Shown: piece by piece, positions 33,720 through 42,646 of the stretch
Position numbering within the stretch: position 1 is the stretch's first letter
Layout of the letters: each line of letters begins with the position of its first letter
DNA from: an uncultured Methylomirabilota bacterium
GTDB taxonomy: Bacteria; Methylomirabilota; Methylomirabilia; Methylomirabilales; 2-02-FULL-66-22
Assembly (NCBI GenBank): GCA_963845565.1
Contig: CAWJSJ010000002.1
Coordinates: 1,376,001-1,440,000 of the forward strand
Length of the DNA stretch: 64,000 bases
Direction: 5' to 3'
Translations under genes and position numbers: made by a program
The notes under the pieces: generated by a model
What the model was told of the DNA's origin: nothing
The model's input: the letters and a program-made list of their open reading frames with translations, nothing else
The model's database searches: none

Positions 33720-34552
33720 GCGACGCGGGAAATCTCTATGTCCCGAACCTGGCAGTGATCGACCGGATCGTCGAGGAGACGTGGGACACCAGGACGTTCC
33801 GGGCCGTCTTTACGGACGCGGGGATGCGAGAGCGATTCAGCTATCACCCCGGCCAGTTCCAGGAGGTCTCCGTCTTCGGCGTGGGGGAGGCCACGTTCTG
33901 CCTCGCCTCCTCGCCGACCCGCACCGGGTACGTGGAGTTCTCGGCCAAGAAGGTCGGCGCCCTGACGAGCGCGCTGCACGAGCTTTCCGAGGGGGAGACG
34001 GTCGGCATCCGGGGACCCTACGGCAACTGGTTCCCGTACGACATGATGCAGGGGAAGAACCTGCTCTTCGTCGGGGGCGGAATCGGCATGGCGCCGCTCC
34101 GCTCCCTTCTGAACTTCTGCCTCGACCGGCGGGGGGACTACGGGCACATCGACATCTTCTACGGGGCCCGCACGCCCGGGGATCTCTGCTACACAAAGGA
34201 GTTCGAGGCCTGGCGCAGCGCGCCCGACACCAGCCTGTACCTGACCGTGGACAAGGGCGGGCCGGGCTGGGAAGGTAAGGTGGGCGTGGTGCCGGCCTAC
34301 GTCCGGGAGATCGCGCCTGCCTCTCGGAACGCGGTGGCCATCACCTGCGGTCCGCCCATCATGATCAAGTTCACCCTCCCCGAGCTGGGGAAGCTGGGCT
34401 TCAGCGACGAGCAGATCATCACCACGCTGGAGATGAAGATGAAGTGCGGGGTGGGCAAGTGCGGCCGCTGCAACATCGGCCACACCTACGTCTGCCTCGA
34501 CGGCCCTGTCTTCACGTACGCGCAGCTCCGGAAGCTCCCTCCAGAATTCTGA
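33716..34552 (+). CDS. flxA: FlxA-like FAD/NAD(P)H-binding 2Fe-2S oxidoreductase
   Basis: PGQF, RGPYGN, GGGIGMAPLRS, CGPPIM, MKCGVGKCGRC...CLDGPVF; ATGA overlap with flxB. Confidence 0.88.
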   Translation: MSDAGNLYVPNLAVIDRIVEETWDTRTFRAVFTDAGMRERFSYHPGQFQEVSVFGVGEATFCLASSPTRTGYVEFSAKKVGALTSALHELSEGETVGIRGPYGNWFPYDMMQGKNLLFVGGGIGMAPLRSLLNFCLDRRGDYGHIDIFYGARTPGDLCYTKEFEAWRSAPDTSLYLTVDKGGPGWEGKVGVVPAYVREIAPASRNAVAITCGPPIMIKFTLPELGKLGFSDEQIITTLEMKMKCGVGKCGRCNIGHTYVCLDGPVFTYAQLRKLPPEF

Positions 34553-34774
34553 CGCCGAATCGCTGACGGTCCGCCGAGTCGTGTACTCCTGGACGCCGGA
34601 TAGGCCGAACATTCGCAGGGCTTGTTCCATGTGGAGGATTCCGGGGACGGCTCAGATCGGGGCGACACGCGCGATCCGGAGTATCACCGCCACCGAGGCA
34701 GGAAACGCTCGCGACCAACCCGAAGTCCCGGCGCACGCTTCGCGGGCGGCCCGCTCCAGGACGGGAAGGTGTCT

Positions 34775-35857
34775 ATGGACGTTTCGATCAAGAGATTCAT
34801 CGTCGGCTTGGTGCTTTTTCGGCGCCTGATACGAAGACAACTGGAGCTGCTGCGTATAAACGGCCGGAATATCTTCAAAGGAAAGGCGTTCTATTGCAAT
34901 GCCCTCGCCGGGAGGTCTGATTACAATATTTGCATCAATTCAGACATGACCGTTTCGTGCAATTGCTTCGATACGGACGGTAGCGGCCACATTGGTGATT
35001 TGAGCAGCCACACGCTCGAGGAAATCTTCAAGGGTGAAACGGCGAGGAAGTTCAGGAAACGCCTTTCACGTGGCATCATTCCGATCAACGGGTGCCTGTC
35101 CTGCCGGGAGTTGAGATCGGTTCCCAGGGCAGAGGCCAAATCCTACCTCTCAGATTTCACGACGCCAAAGCGCGGGATCATGATCGAGAATACGGCGCTC
35201 TGCAATCTGAGATGCGTCAACTGCCGCAGGGAAGAATTAGTCAAAAGCAGGAAGAAGATGAGGATGTCGCTTCCGGACATGGAAAAGGTGGCCGCGAACA
35301 TCCAGGACTGCAACGTCCGGTCGATCTCATTTTTCAATCTTGGTGAACCGTTTCTGTCGGACACGATCTTTGAAGAGTTGACCCTCTTGAAAACGTACAA
35401 TCCAGATACGGCCATCTATGTTTCGACAAACGGTCTGCTGATCAATAGCGAGGCAAAATATGAAGCAGCGCTCCTAGTGGATTACGTTTATGTGTCGCTG
35501 GATGGAGTAACCGACGAAAGTGTGAGAAAGTATCAGGTCGGGGGCCGCTTCACCGTTGCGTACGACAACCTGAAACAATTGATCCGACTGAGGAACTCGA
35601 GGAACCGGACAAGTCCTGTCATTGAGTGGAAATACGTGGTGTTTTCCTGGAATGATAGCGAGGCCGAGATCGAAAAAGCCGTCGAACTTGCGAGAGACGC
35701 CGGCGTCGACATCCTGGCGTTCTACCTTGGAGAGGGGCCTCCAGCCCATGTATCTTCCCGGTTCAAGAACGACGAGTTCTTCAAGGCGCTCGGTTGCGGA
35801 TCATGGAAGGGCCGTGAAATCGATTTCAGGAAGGAGCTCCTGCGTTCGGGCGGTTAA
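34775..35857 (+). CDS. Radical SAM protein with N-terminal SPASM/twitch-like domain
   Basis: CNLRCVNC, GEP, STNG; N-terminal C...VSCNC...IGDL...CLSC; visibly more AT-rich than flanks. Confidence 0.8.
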   Translation: MDVSIKRFIVGLVLFRRLIRRQLELLRINGRNIFKGKAFYCNALAGRSDYNICINSDMTVSCNCFDTDGSGHIGDLSSHTLEEIFKGETARKFRKRLSRGIIPINGCLSCRELRSVPRAEAKSYLSDFTTPKRGIMIENTALCNLRCVNCRREELVKSRKKMRMSLPDMEKVAANIQDCNVRSISFFNLGEPFLSDTIFEELTLLKTYNPDTAIYVSTNGLLINSEAKYEAALLVDYVYVSLDGVTDESVRKYQVGGRFTVAYDNLKQLIRLRNSRNRTSPVIEWKYVVFSWNDSEAEIEKAVELARDAGVDILAFYLGEGPPAHVSSRFKNDEFFKALGCGSWKGREIDFRKELLRSGG

Positions 35858-35883
35858 GCACTCGTTGAACGTAGGGAGAAATC

Positions 35884-36912
35884 ATGACCAGCATCATGGC
35901 GGCCCTGAGGAGGGCAGCCGGAATAGCCATCGGCGCGGCTCGCCCACTCGCGTATCCGAACGCGCCCGAGCGGCCGTGTCACCTCCATCGTCTTGCGGTG
36001 TCGCACACCGGGGACGTGTTCCCCTGCTGCCTGGTCTATAGCAGCGCGTACCACCGAATCGGCAACATCAGTGACGTCGATCTCGCACAGAAGATCGAAA
36101 AGTATGACAGACGGTGTTCCTGCTCAGGCGCGAAGTTGCGCGCCAAGCGCCCCGGCGATCCCGTAGGGGATGACCGATTCTTGAATCTGGAGCTGTCACT
36201 CCAGTGCCAGGCCGAGTGCGCAATGTGTTGCGTCGACGCGCCAGGCTGGTCGGGAACGTACGACCTCTACCCCCAGTTGACGGCGCTCATTCGCGAGCAG
36301 GACCCGGAGGGGATCGTCATGCAGGGCGGCGAGGTCCTCGTGCAGAAGCGCTCGATGGACTGGATCCGCAGCGTGCGGGAGGAGTTTCCGCAAAAGAAAC
36401 TCCACCTGGTGACGAACGGCTGCGCGCCGGCGAGCCTTGCGCCGGAGGTCGCTCGGCTGTTCCAGCGGGTGGTCATCTCCTTCGTCGGCATCCAGCCCGA
36501 AACGTACCGAGCCGTCATGGGCCTCGATGTCACGCGGACTCTCTCGTTCGTGCAGGCACTCATCGCGGAGCAGACGACGGAAGTCGCCATGAAGTTTCTG
36601 GCGACGCCGTTGAACCTGCACGAGGCGGCGCTCTTCCTGCGCACGGCGCTCGAGATGAGGCCCGCGCTCATACTTTTCTCCGACAGCGGCTTCCACCAAT
36701 ACGTCCGCCTGAAGACGCGAGACGGATTCTGGGAGAAGATCGCGAGTCGTGCGGGTACCGCGTTCCAACAGCAACTGTTCGCCTCAAGCGCGGCGCTCAG
36801 GGCGGCCGGCATTCGTGTGCACGTCGAGCCGTCGGCCGGAAAGGTGCTCGGAGTTGATCGTGCTTTCCTCCACGAGAAGGCCCTGACCGACGTGGTAGCC
36901 ACGTCGTGGTGA
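35884..36912 (+). CDS. Radical SAM protein with N-terminal twitch-like domain
   Basis: CQAECAMC, GGE, VTNG; N-terminal C...GDVFPCC...IGNI...CSC. Confidence 0.78.
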   Translation: MTSIMAALRRAAGIAIGAARPLAYPNAPERPCHLHRLAVSHTGDVFPCCLVYSSAYHRIGNISDVDLAQKIEKYDRRCSCSGAKLRAKRPGDPVGDDRFLNLELSLQCQAECAMCCVDAPGWSGTYDLYPQLTALIREQDPEGIVMQGGEVLVQKRSMDWIRSVREEFPQKKLHLVTNGCAPASLAPEVARLFQRVVISFVGIQPETYRAVMGLDVTRTLSFVQALIAEQTTEVAMKFLATPLNLHEAALFLRTALEMRPALILFSDSGFHQYVRLKTRDGFWEKIASRAGTAFQQQLFASSAALRAAGIRVHVEPSAGKVLGVDRAFLHEKALTDVVATSW

Positions 36913-37123
36913 ACGCTTCTCGGCTCACGGTGCTGGAGTTGGTCCCGTCTGGTGGAGTCCAATCCGCTGCGGGCGGAGGATTCCCGGATGCGATGCTTCA
37001 TGCCACCGTACCCACCTGAGTCCCAGTCCAGGTCGACGTGTCCTGGGGCCGAAGGGGAGCGGCGCACGAATCGTGTCTCCTCGGAAAACATGGGAGGGGT
37101 GCGGCTCGGCCGCGGAGACGAAG

Positions 37124-38350
37124 ATGCGAACCGAACGAGAGCTCCTCGACGAGATCAACGGCGACCTTCCCCAAGGCATCGACTGGAAACGCGGGGCCGA
37201 GCGCTACGTACGGGAGCTGATCGCCCGAGGCGGCCCCTCATTCCGGCAATGGCATCTGACCAAGCCGTTCCTGGGCGAACTGCTTCCGGGCGAGCCACTG
37301 CATGGGGATTCCGGGCGGCCGGCGGTCGATCCGCACGTCACGTACCACGAACTCTACGGCTTCCTGAACGTTGTGCGCGCGGCCGACCTGCCTGTCGGCG
37401 CCCGGATACTGGACGTGGGATGTGGTCCGGGATGGACGTCGCACTACTTGGGCAAGATGGGCTACACCGTGCTCGGCTTCGATCTCTCCGAGGAGATGCT
37501 GGAGTTGGCTCGGGAGCGGGTGGATGCCGAGCCCTTCCCTCCGTACCCGAAGGCCAGGCTCGACGTGCGGTTCGTCCGGCACGATATCGAAGCGGCTCCC
37601 CTGGGAGCCGACGCGGGGGAACTGTATGACTTCGCGGTCCTCGACTCAGTCCTCCACCACTTTCGCGATCCCGTCGCGGCTCTGCGGCATGTGGGGGAGA
37701 GCCTTCGCCCGGGTGCCCTGCTGGCGATCATCGAGGGCTTCCGCGCGGAGGGTGCCCCACTTGACCCCCACAGCCTCGAGATCATGCGGCGCTACCACAC
37801 GATCGAGCGGCCATACACGGTCTCGCAGATGTCGGACATCCTGCGGTTGGCGGGGTTCGAGCATCACGTGCACCTCTACGGCGTGAATGGGCTCTACTCG
37901 GAACCAGATCTTGCTCGGCCCATCCTGCCCGGCGCCACGAAGGCCGTCCTGGCCTCGAGCGAGGCGGCGTCATTGGGCCGGTGGCGGGTGGAGGGCCTCG
38001 TGTACAAAGGCTTCCATGAGGAAGAGCACGACGGGGACCGCTCGTTCCGCTGGGCGGGTCCAGTGAGCGGGCTGGTCCTCGACGGGCGAGAATTCGAGTT
38101 GTCGTTCGCCAGCGCGGCCGTCCGTCTGGGGCGTCGGGTCCACCAGATCTTCGTCAGTGTCGACGGCAAGCCGGTGACGGTCTTACGCCTCACCTGGAGA
38201 AAACGCGAGGCCCGGTTCCGACCGGGGCGGCTTCCCCCAGGCTCGCGCCTCGACTTCCACTCCGACTTCTCGTTCTCCCCAAAGCTCCTCGGCATGAGCC
38301 CGGACGACCGGGTGCTAGCGTTTCAGTTGCGGGTCGCACCAGTTTCGTGA
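37124..38350 (+). CDS. Class I SAM-dependent methyltransferase with C-terminal beta-rich domain
   Basis: ILDVGCGPG, GFDLSEEML, VLHHF, LRPGA. Confidence 0.85.
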   Translation: MRTERELLDEINGDLPQGIDWKRGAERYVRELIARGGPSFRQWHLTKPFLGELLPGEPLHGDSGRPAVDPHVTYHELYGFLNVVRAADLPVGARILDVGCGPGWTSHYLGKMGYTVLGFDLSEEMLELARERVDAEPFPPYPKARLDVRFVRHDIEAAPLGADAGELYDFAVLDSVLHHFRDPVAALRHVGESLRPGALLAIIEGFRAEGAPLDPHSLEIMRRYHTIERPYTVSQMSDILRLAGFEHHVHLYGVNGLYSEPDLARPILPGATKAVLASSEAASLGRWRVEGLVYKGFHEEEHDGDRSFRWAGPVSGLVLDGREFELSFASAAVRLGRRVHQIFVSVDGKPVTVLRLTWRKREARFRPGRLPPGSRLDFHSDFSFSPKLLGMSPDDRVLAFQLRVAPVS

Positions 38351-38511
38351 TCCACTCTGACCATCGTCACCGCCGCACCTTTCCCCTTGACGCCCGCGTC
38401 CGGGGTGCCGGATACTCCACCCCGACCACGGCGACCCCTGGGGTGCGGCGCGGCCGAGACGCGAGATCGTTCCACCGCCCCGAAAACAAATTCCCACTTG
38501 GAGGATCTGCG

Positions 38512-39474
38512 ATGAAAAAAAGGATGCTAACCCTTCTCGTCTTGGCGTTGATCGTTGCCCTGGGAGTCCAGTCGGCTTGGGCAGCAAAATATCCCGACCG
38601 CAAGATCAAATTGGTTTGCGCCTGGGCCGCGGGCGGGGGCAGCGACATCATGGCGCGGACCCTGGCTCGCCTGGTCAACCAATCCCTGGACGGGAGGATG
38701 TATGTGGAGAACATCACCGGCGCGACGGGGCTCATGGGGATGCGGGAGGTCCTCAACGCCCAGCCCGACGGCTATACACTGATGCTCCTGACGACCACCA
38801 ACACCATCGCCCCCGCCGTGATGAAGGATTATCCGACACCGGACCAGTTGGATCCCTTCAACGTGGCCGGGGAAGACCCCATGATCATGGTCGTGGGTGT
38901 GGACAGCCCCTATAAGAATGCGGCCGACTTCATCGCCGCTGCCAAGGCGAACCCCGGGAAGCTGACCGTCGGTACGGCCGGCCACGGTTCCCCGCAGCAC
39001 CTTGCGGTGGCCGCCTTTGCCGCCGCCGCCGGGATTCAGTTGAGCTACGTCCCGTTCAAGGGCGCGGCGCCGGCCCTGGTCGCAACGGTCGGGCGGCACG
39101 TGGATGTGGTCGCTCCCGGCGTTTCCGAGGCGATCGCCCTGAACGAGGCCAAGAAGATTCGGGCGCTTGTCTCCCTGAGCACCAAGCGGCTGCGGCATTA
39201 CCCCGACGCCCCCACCGCCAAGGAGCTGGGATATGACGTCGTGGTGAGCCGCTGGATGGGTGTGGCGGCCCCCAAGGGTCTCCCCAAGGATGTGAAGGAC
39301 CTGCTGGTGGACGCCTTCAAGAAGGCCACGGATACGGAGGAGTTCAAGAAATTCAACGCCCAGAACGGGCTTGAGCCTTTCCATGGGACCCCGGAAGAGG
39401 CCCGGGCCTGGATCAAGAACCAGGCCGACTACTTCAAGAAGGTGGCCGACAAGGCGGGGATCCAGCCGGAATAA
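38512..39474 (+). CDS. tctC: Tripartite tricarboxylate transporter substrate-binding protein
   Basis: Signal peptide, YPDR, AAGGGSD, QPDGYTL, VPFKG. Confidence 0.9.
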   Translation: MKKRMLTLLVLALIVALGVQSAWAAKYPDRKIKLVCAWAAGGGSDIMARTLARLVNQSLDGRMYVENITGATGLMGMREVLNAQPDGYTLMLLTTTNTIAPAVMKDYPTPDQLDPFNVAGEDPMIMVVGVDSPYKNAADFIAAAKANPGKLTVGTAGHGSPQHLAVAAFAAAAGIQLSYVPFKGAAPALVATVGRHVDVVAPGVSEAIALNEAKKIRALVSLSTKRLRHYPDAPTAKELGYDVVVSRWMGVAAPKGLPKDVKDLLVDAFKKATDTEEFKKFNAQNGLEPFHGTPEEARAWIKNQADYFKKVADKAGIQPE

Positions 39475-39479
39475 CCGAG

Positions 39480-39624
39480 CAGGCTGCTGAAACCGGCCCA
39501 TCTGCGGGGACCCAGCCTGCGGCCGAGTGCCCCGAATGCTCCCGCGGGGCTGCGGCGTACAGGGAGTACGCCTCGCCCCTCGGATCGCCTTCCGCCTTGC
39601 ATCTGGACCGGTTTGAGCAGCCTG
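39480..39624. repeat. Family-2 repeat, copy 2
   Basis: CAGGCTGCTGAAACCGG / CCGGTTTGAGCAGCCTG; GCGTAC-N5-GTACGC; CGCCTTGCATCTGG; 5 bp after tctC stop. Confidence 0.85.
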
Positions 39625-39628
39625 GGTC

Positions 39629-39680
39629 CGGTGCTGAAAAAGGCCCATCCGGCATGCATCTGGACTTTTTTGAGCAACCG
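39629..39680. repeat. Family-2 repeat, internally deleted mini copy 3
   Basis: CGGTGCTGAAAAAGGCCCATC...GCATCTGGACTTTTTTGAGCAACCG. Confidence 0.75.
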
Positions 39681-39730
39681 TCCCCAGGCCGAGTTCTTGA
39701 GTATCCCGGACAGGGCACCGCTGCGGGGGA

Positions 39731-40195
39731 TTGGTGAGAAAGAGCGATAGAATCCAGGCTTTGCTCTGGGCGGTCTTTGGCCTCTACATCACGTACGAGG
39801 GATTTCTGCTGAAATTGGGCACTGGGCGGGCACCCAAACCGGGGTTCATGATTTTCTGGATGGGTGTGGTTATTGTGATCCTCAGCGCCCTCTTCTTCCT
39901 CGGAACCTTCACGACCCCCGAACGGGAACACAAAGCGCTCTGGTGGCGGGTCCGATGGTTCCGCGGGGCGAAGCTCATGGCGGCCCTCTTCCTCTACGTG
40001 GCGGTCTTTCAATTCCTGGGGTTTATCCTGAGCACCTTCCTGCTCCTCGTGTATATGTTCAAGGGGCTCGAGCCTCAGAGCTGGCGGAACGCCCTGCTCT
40101 TATCGGCGGTGACCGTCGCGATCTGCTACCTGGTCTTCGGGGTCTTTCTGGAACTCCAGTTCCCCCCGGGAGTTCTGAGTTTCATCCTGACCTGA
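39731..40195 (+). CDS. tctB: Tripartite tricarboxylate transporter small membrane subunit
   Basis: About 4 TMs, PGF and LQFPPG motifs, between tctC and tctA. Confidence 0.85.
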   Translation: MVRKSDRIQALLWAVFGLYITYEGFLLKLGTGRAPKPGFMIFWMGVVIVILSALFFLGTFTTPEREHKALWWRVRWFRGAKLMAALFLYVAVFQFLGFILSTFLLLVYMFKGLEPQSWRNALLLSAVTVAICYLVFGVFLELQFPPGVLSFILT

Positions 40196-40293
40196 CTGTG
40201 ACGTCCGGCCGCTCGTTCATGGAAAGCACATCGCGTCCTCGGGCCGAAGCCGGGGAATGAAGGGGACGCGGACACACAGCGGGGGGAGCGGAC

Positions 40294-41790
40294 ATGGATT
40301 TCTTCACGGGGCTGCAGATAGGGGTCGCCACCGCCTTCCAGCCCATGAATCTGCTCTATTGTTTTATCGGCGTACTGATCGGGACGCTGATCGGGGTCCT
40401 GCCTGGGATCGGGACGTCGGGCGCCGTGGCCATTCTGATGCCGGCGACCTTCACGATGAGCCCGGTCTCGGCGATCATCATGCTGGCCGGAATCTATTAC
40501 GGGGCGATGTACGGAGGATCGACCACCTCAATCCTGGTGAACATCCCCGGTGAGGCGGCCTCGGTGGTGACCTGTTTCGACGGGTATCAGATGGCCCGGC
40601 AGGGAAGGGCGGGCCGGGCTCTGGGGATCTCAGCGTTCGCTTCGTTCATCGCAGGTCTTTTCGGCGTGGCGATGATCTCTCTGATGGCCCCGTCTCTCTC
40701 CCGTCTGGCCTTCGATTTCGGACCGCCGGAGTTTTTCGGGCTGATGGTCCTGGGACTCACCCTCTCCACGTTCCTGGGGTCGGGGTCCATGGTCAAGGCC
40801 CTGCTGATGGTGGGGCTGGGCCTCGTGCTGGGGTGCGTCGGGATGGACCCGATTAGCGGGACCCCCCGTCTCACCTACGGGATCAAGCCTCTCCTGGACG
40901 GTTTTGACATGGTCCCGGTGGTCATGGGGCTTTTCGGCATCTCCGAGGTCCTTTTCAACTTGGAGCAGGAGGAGCAAAGGGACGTCTACGAAACGAAGCT
41001 CAAGGGGCTTCTGCCGAACCGGGAGGACTGGAAAAGATCGTGGGCGCCGATCACCCGGGGCTCCATCCTCGGATTTTTCGTCGGGGTCATCCCGGGTGGG
41101 ACGGCCGTGATTTCCTCCTTTGTCTCCTACGCCGTCGAAAAGAGGATCTCGAAGCACCCGGAGGGGTTCGGCAAGGGGGCCATCGAGGGAGTGGCTGGTC
41201 CCGAGTCGGCCAACAACGCGGCGACCTTTGGCTCTATGGTCCCCTTGCTCACCCTGGGGATCCCCTCGAACGTGGTGATGGCCCTGTTCCTGGCGGCCTT
41301 GATGATCCACGGGACGGTGCCCGGCCCGATGCTCATCCAGAACCAGCCCGACTTTTTCTGGGGGGTGATGATCAGCATGATCGTCGGGAACGTGATGTTG
41401 CTGGTCCTGAACCTCCCCCTGATCGGAATGTGGGTGAAGATCCTGAAGGTTCCCTACCGAATCCTGTTTCCCCTGATCATCCTTTTCTGCCTGATAGGTT
41501 CCTACAGCGTGAATTATCGGGTAGTCGACATGGTGGTGATGCTGGCCTTCGGCGGGATCGGTTACATGATGAAGAAGTACCAGTACGACGGAGGGCCTTT
41601 GATCCTGGCCTTTATCCTGGGCCCCCTGCTGGAGACAGCCCTGCGCCAGTCCCTGATCATCTCCCACGGGGAGCTGGACATCTTCGTCAAGCGTCCGTTG
41701 GCCCTCGGGGCGCTGCTGATCGCCTTGGCCTTTTTACTGATCCCCCTGATCCCCGCCATCGGGAAGAAGAGGGAGAAGCTTGTTGAGTAG
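40294..41790 (+). CDS. tctA: Tripartite tricarboxylate transporter large membrane subunit
   Basis: GVLPG, YGGSTTSILVNIPGE, DGYQM, GPESANNA, LTLGIP. Confidence 0.93.
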   Translation: MDFFTGLQIGVATAFQPMNLLYCFIGVLIGTLIGVLPGIGTSGAVAILMPATFTMSPVSAIIMLAGIYYGAMYGGSTTSILVNIPGEAASVVTCFDGYQMARQGRAGRALGISAFASFIAGLFGVAMISLMAPSLSRLAFDFGPPEFFGLMVLGLTLSTFLGSGSMVKALLMVGLGLVLGCVGMDPISGTPRLTYGIKPLLDGFDMVPVVMGLFGISEVLFNLEQEEQRDVYETKLKGLLPNREDWKRSWAPITRGSILGFFVGVIPGGTAVISSFVSYAVEKRISKHPEGFGKGAIEGVAGPESANNAATFGSMVPLLTLGIPSNVVMALFLAALMIHGTVPGPMLIQNQPDFFWGVMISMIVGNVMLLVLNLPLIGMWVKILKVPYRILFPLIILFCLIGSYSVNYRVVDMVVMLAFGGIGYMMKKYQYDGGPLILAFILGPLLETALRQSLIISHGELDIFVKRPLALGALLIALAFLLIPLIPAIGKKREKLVE

Positions 41791-41796
41791 GATTGA

Positions 41797-42264
41797 ATGA
41801 TGAAAATCTATGACAGGTTCGGAGACCATTTGAAACACAGATGGAATAGAGCACGAGTCAGAGTGCGGAGACCCTACTTTCTTGCCGTCGATGCCCTCAA
41901 AGGGGGGCTCAACTATGGAGCGTCCATCGCCTCCGTCCTAACCCTGGGAGCAGACCCGACCAGTGGCATTCTCCACAGAATGACCCACGGACCCATTCAA
42001 TCCGCCAAAGGCTTATATCGTCTCGCAGAAGCGTACGGTACCAATGTGGGGATCAGAGACTTCACTACCGGGGCGTTTTCCGAAGGAGGGAGAGTCTTTA
42101 TCAACGGCGTGGAGAACATCATCCAACACCCAGTCGACACAGCCATCGCCGCCCTCGGCACGTACGCCGCGTTACGAATAGGGCGCGCCATCCTGAATGG
42201 GGTGGAAACTGTCCGCATCGACCGGCACGTTGAACGACTGTACAGAAGAAGCCCGACTGAATAA
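41797..42264 (+). CDS. Hypothetical protein with atypical composition
   Basis: 155 aa ORF, A-rich codons (AGA, CTA, ACA), no recognisable motif. Confidence 0.55.
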   Translation: MMKIYDRFGDHLKHRWNRARVRVRRPYFLAVDALKGGLNYGASIASVLTLGADPTSGILHRMTHGPIQSAKGLYRLAEAYGTNVGIRDFTTGAFSEGGRVFINGVENIIQHPVDTAIAALGTYAALRIGRAILNGVETVRIDRHVERLYRRSPTE

Positions 42265-42394
42265 GGACGCTGTCATCAAGGACTACGTTGCGTCCTATGA
42301 CTTCTGGACTGCCGCGCAACACACAACACGGAATACGAAGGTGCGATAGATCGTCGCGTCGCCCCCCCCAATAAATTCCTATCACCTCACTCTC

Positions 42395-42487
42395 CAACTG
42401 CACAACATCCAGCCCAATGTCGCCCTGGAGAACCCCCTCGCCATGTTCGAGCACGCCCGGGAGTACGTGCCATCGTATGCCAAATAG
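42395..42487 (+). pseudogene. C-terminal remnant of a uroporphyrinogen decarboxylase/MtaA-family gene
   Basis: Translates as QLHNIQPNVALENPLAMFEHAREYVPSYAK*, resembling the HNIQ.DVP.EN..AM.EA family C-terminus. Confidence 0.55.
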
Positions 42488-42506
42488 ACCACGACCGATC
42501 CGGCGC

Positions 42507-42536
42507 TTGACAGCGCGGAAAGGCGAATAGTATGTT
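42507..42536 (+). promoter_or_regulatory. Putative sigma70 promoter of the TRAP operon
   Basis: TTGACA-N18-TATGTT. Confidence 0.45.
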
Positions 42537-42646
42537 CCCCGCCACCGTGCTCGTCGGCTCCTGGAGGACGAGGCGGACCGACTCCGCGTAATCCTGGCGT
42601 CTGCCAGTGGCCCGCTGCTGCGCCGCTGTATCCCGGGGGGACTTGA

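Noticed and set aside
34553..34829. RiPP precursor peptide for the radical SAM pair
   Set aside because: Only overlapping ORFs without a convincing SD or leader/core pattern; no RRE, peptidase or exporter nearby
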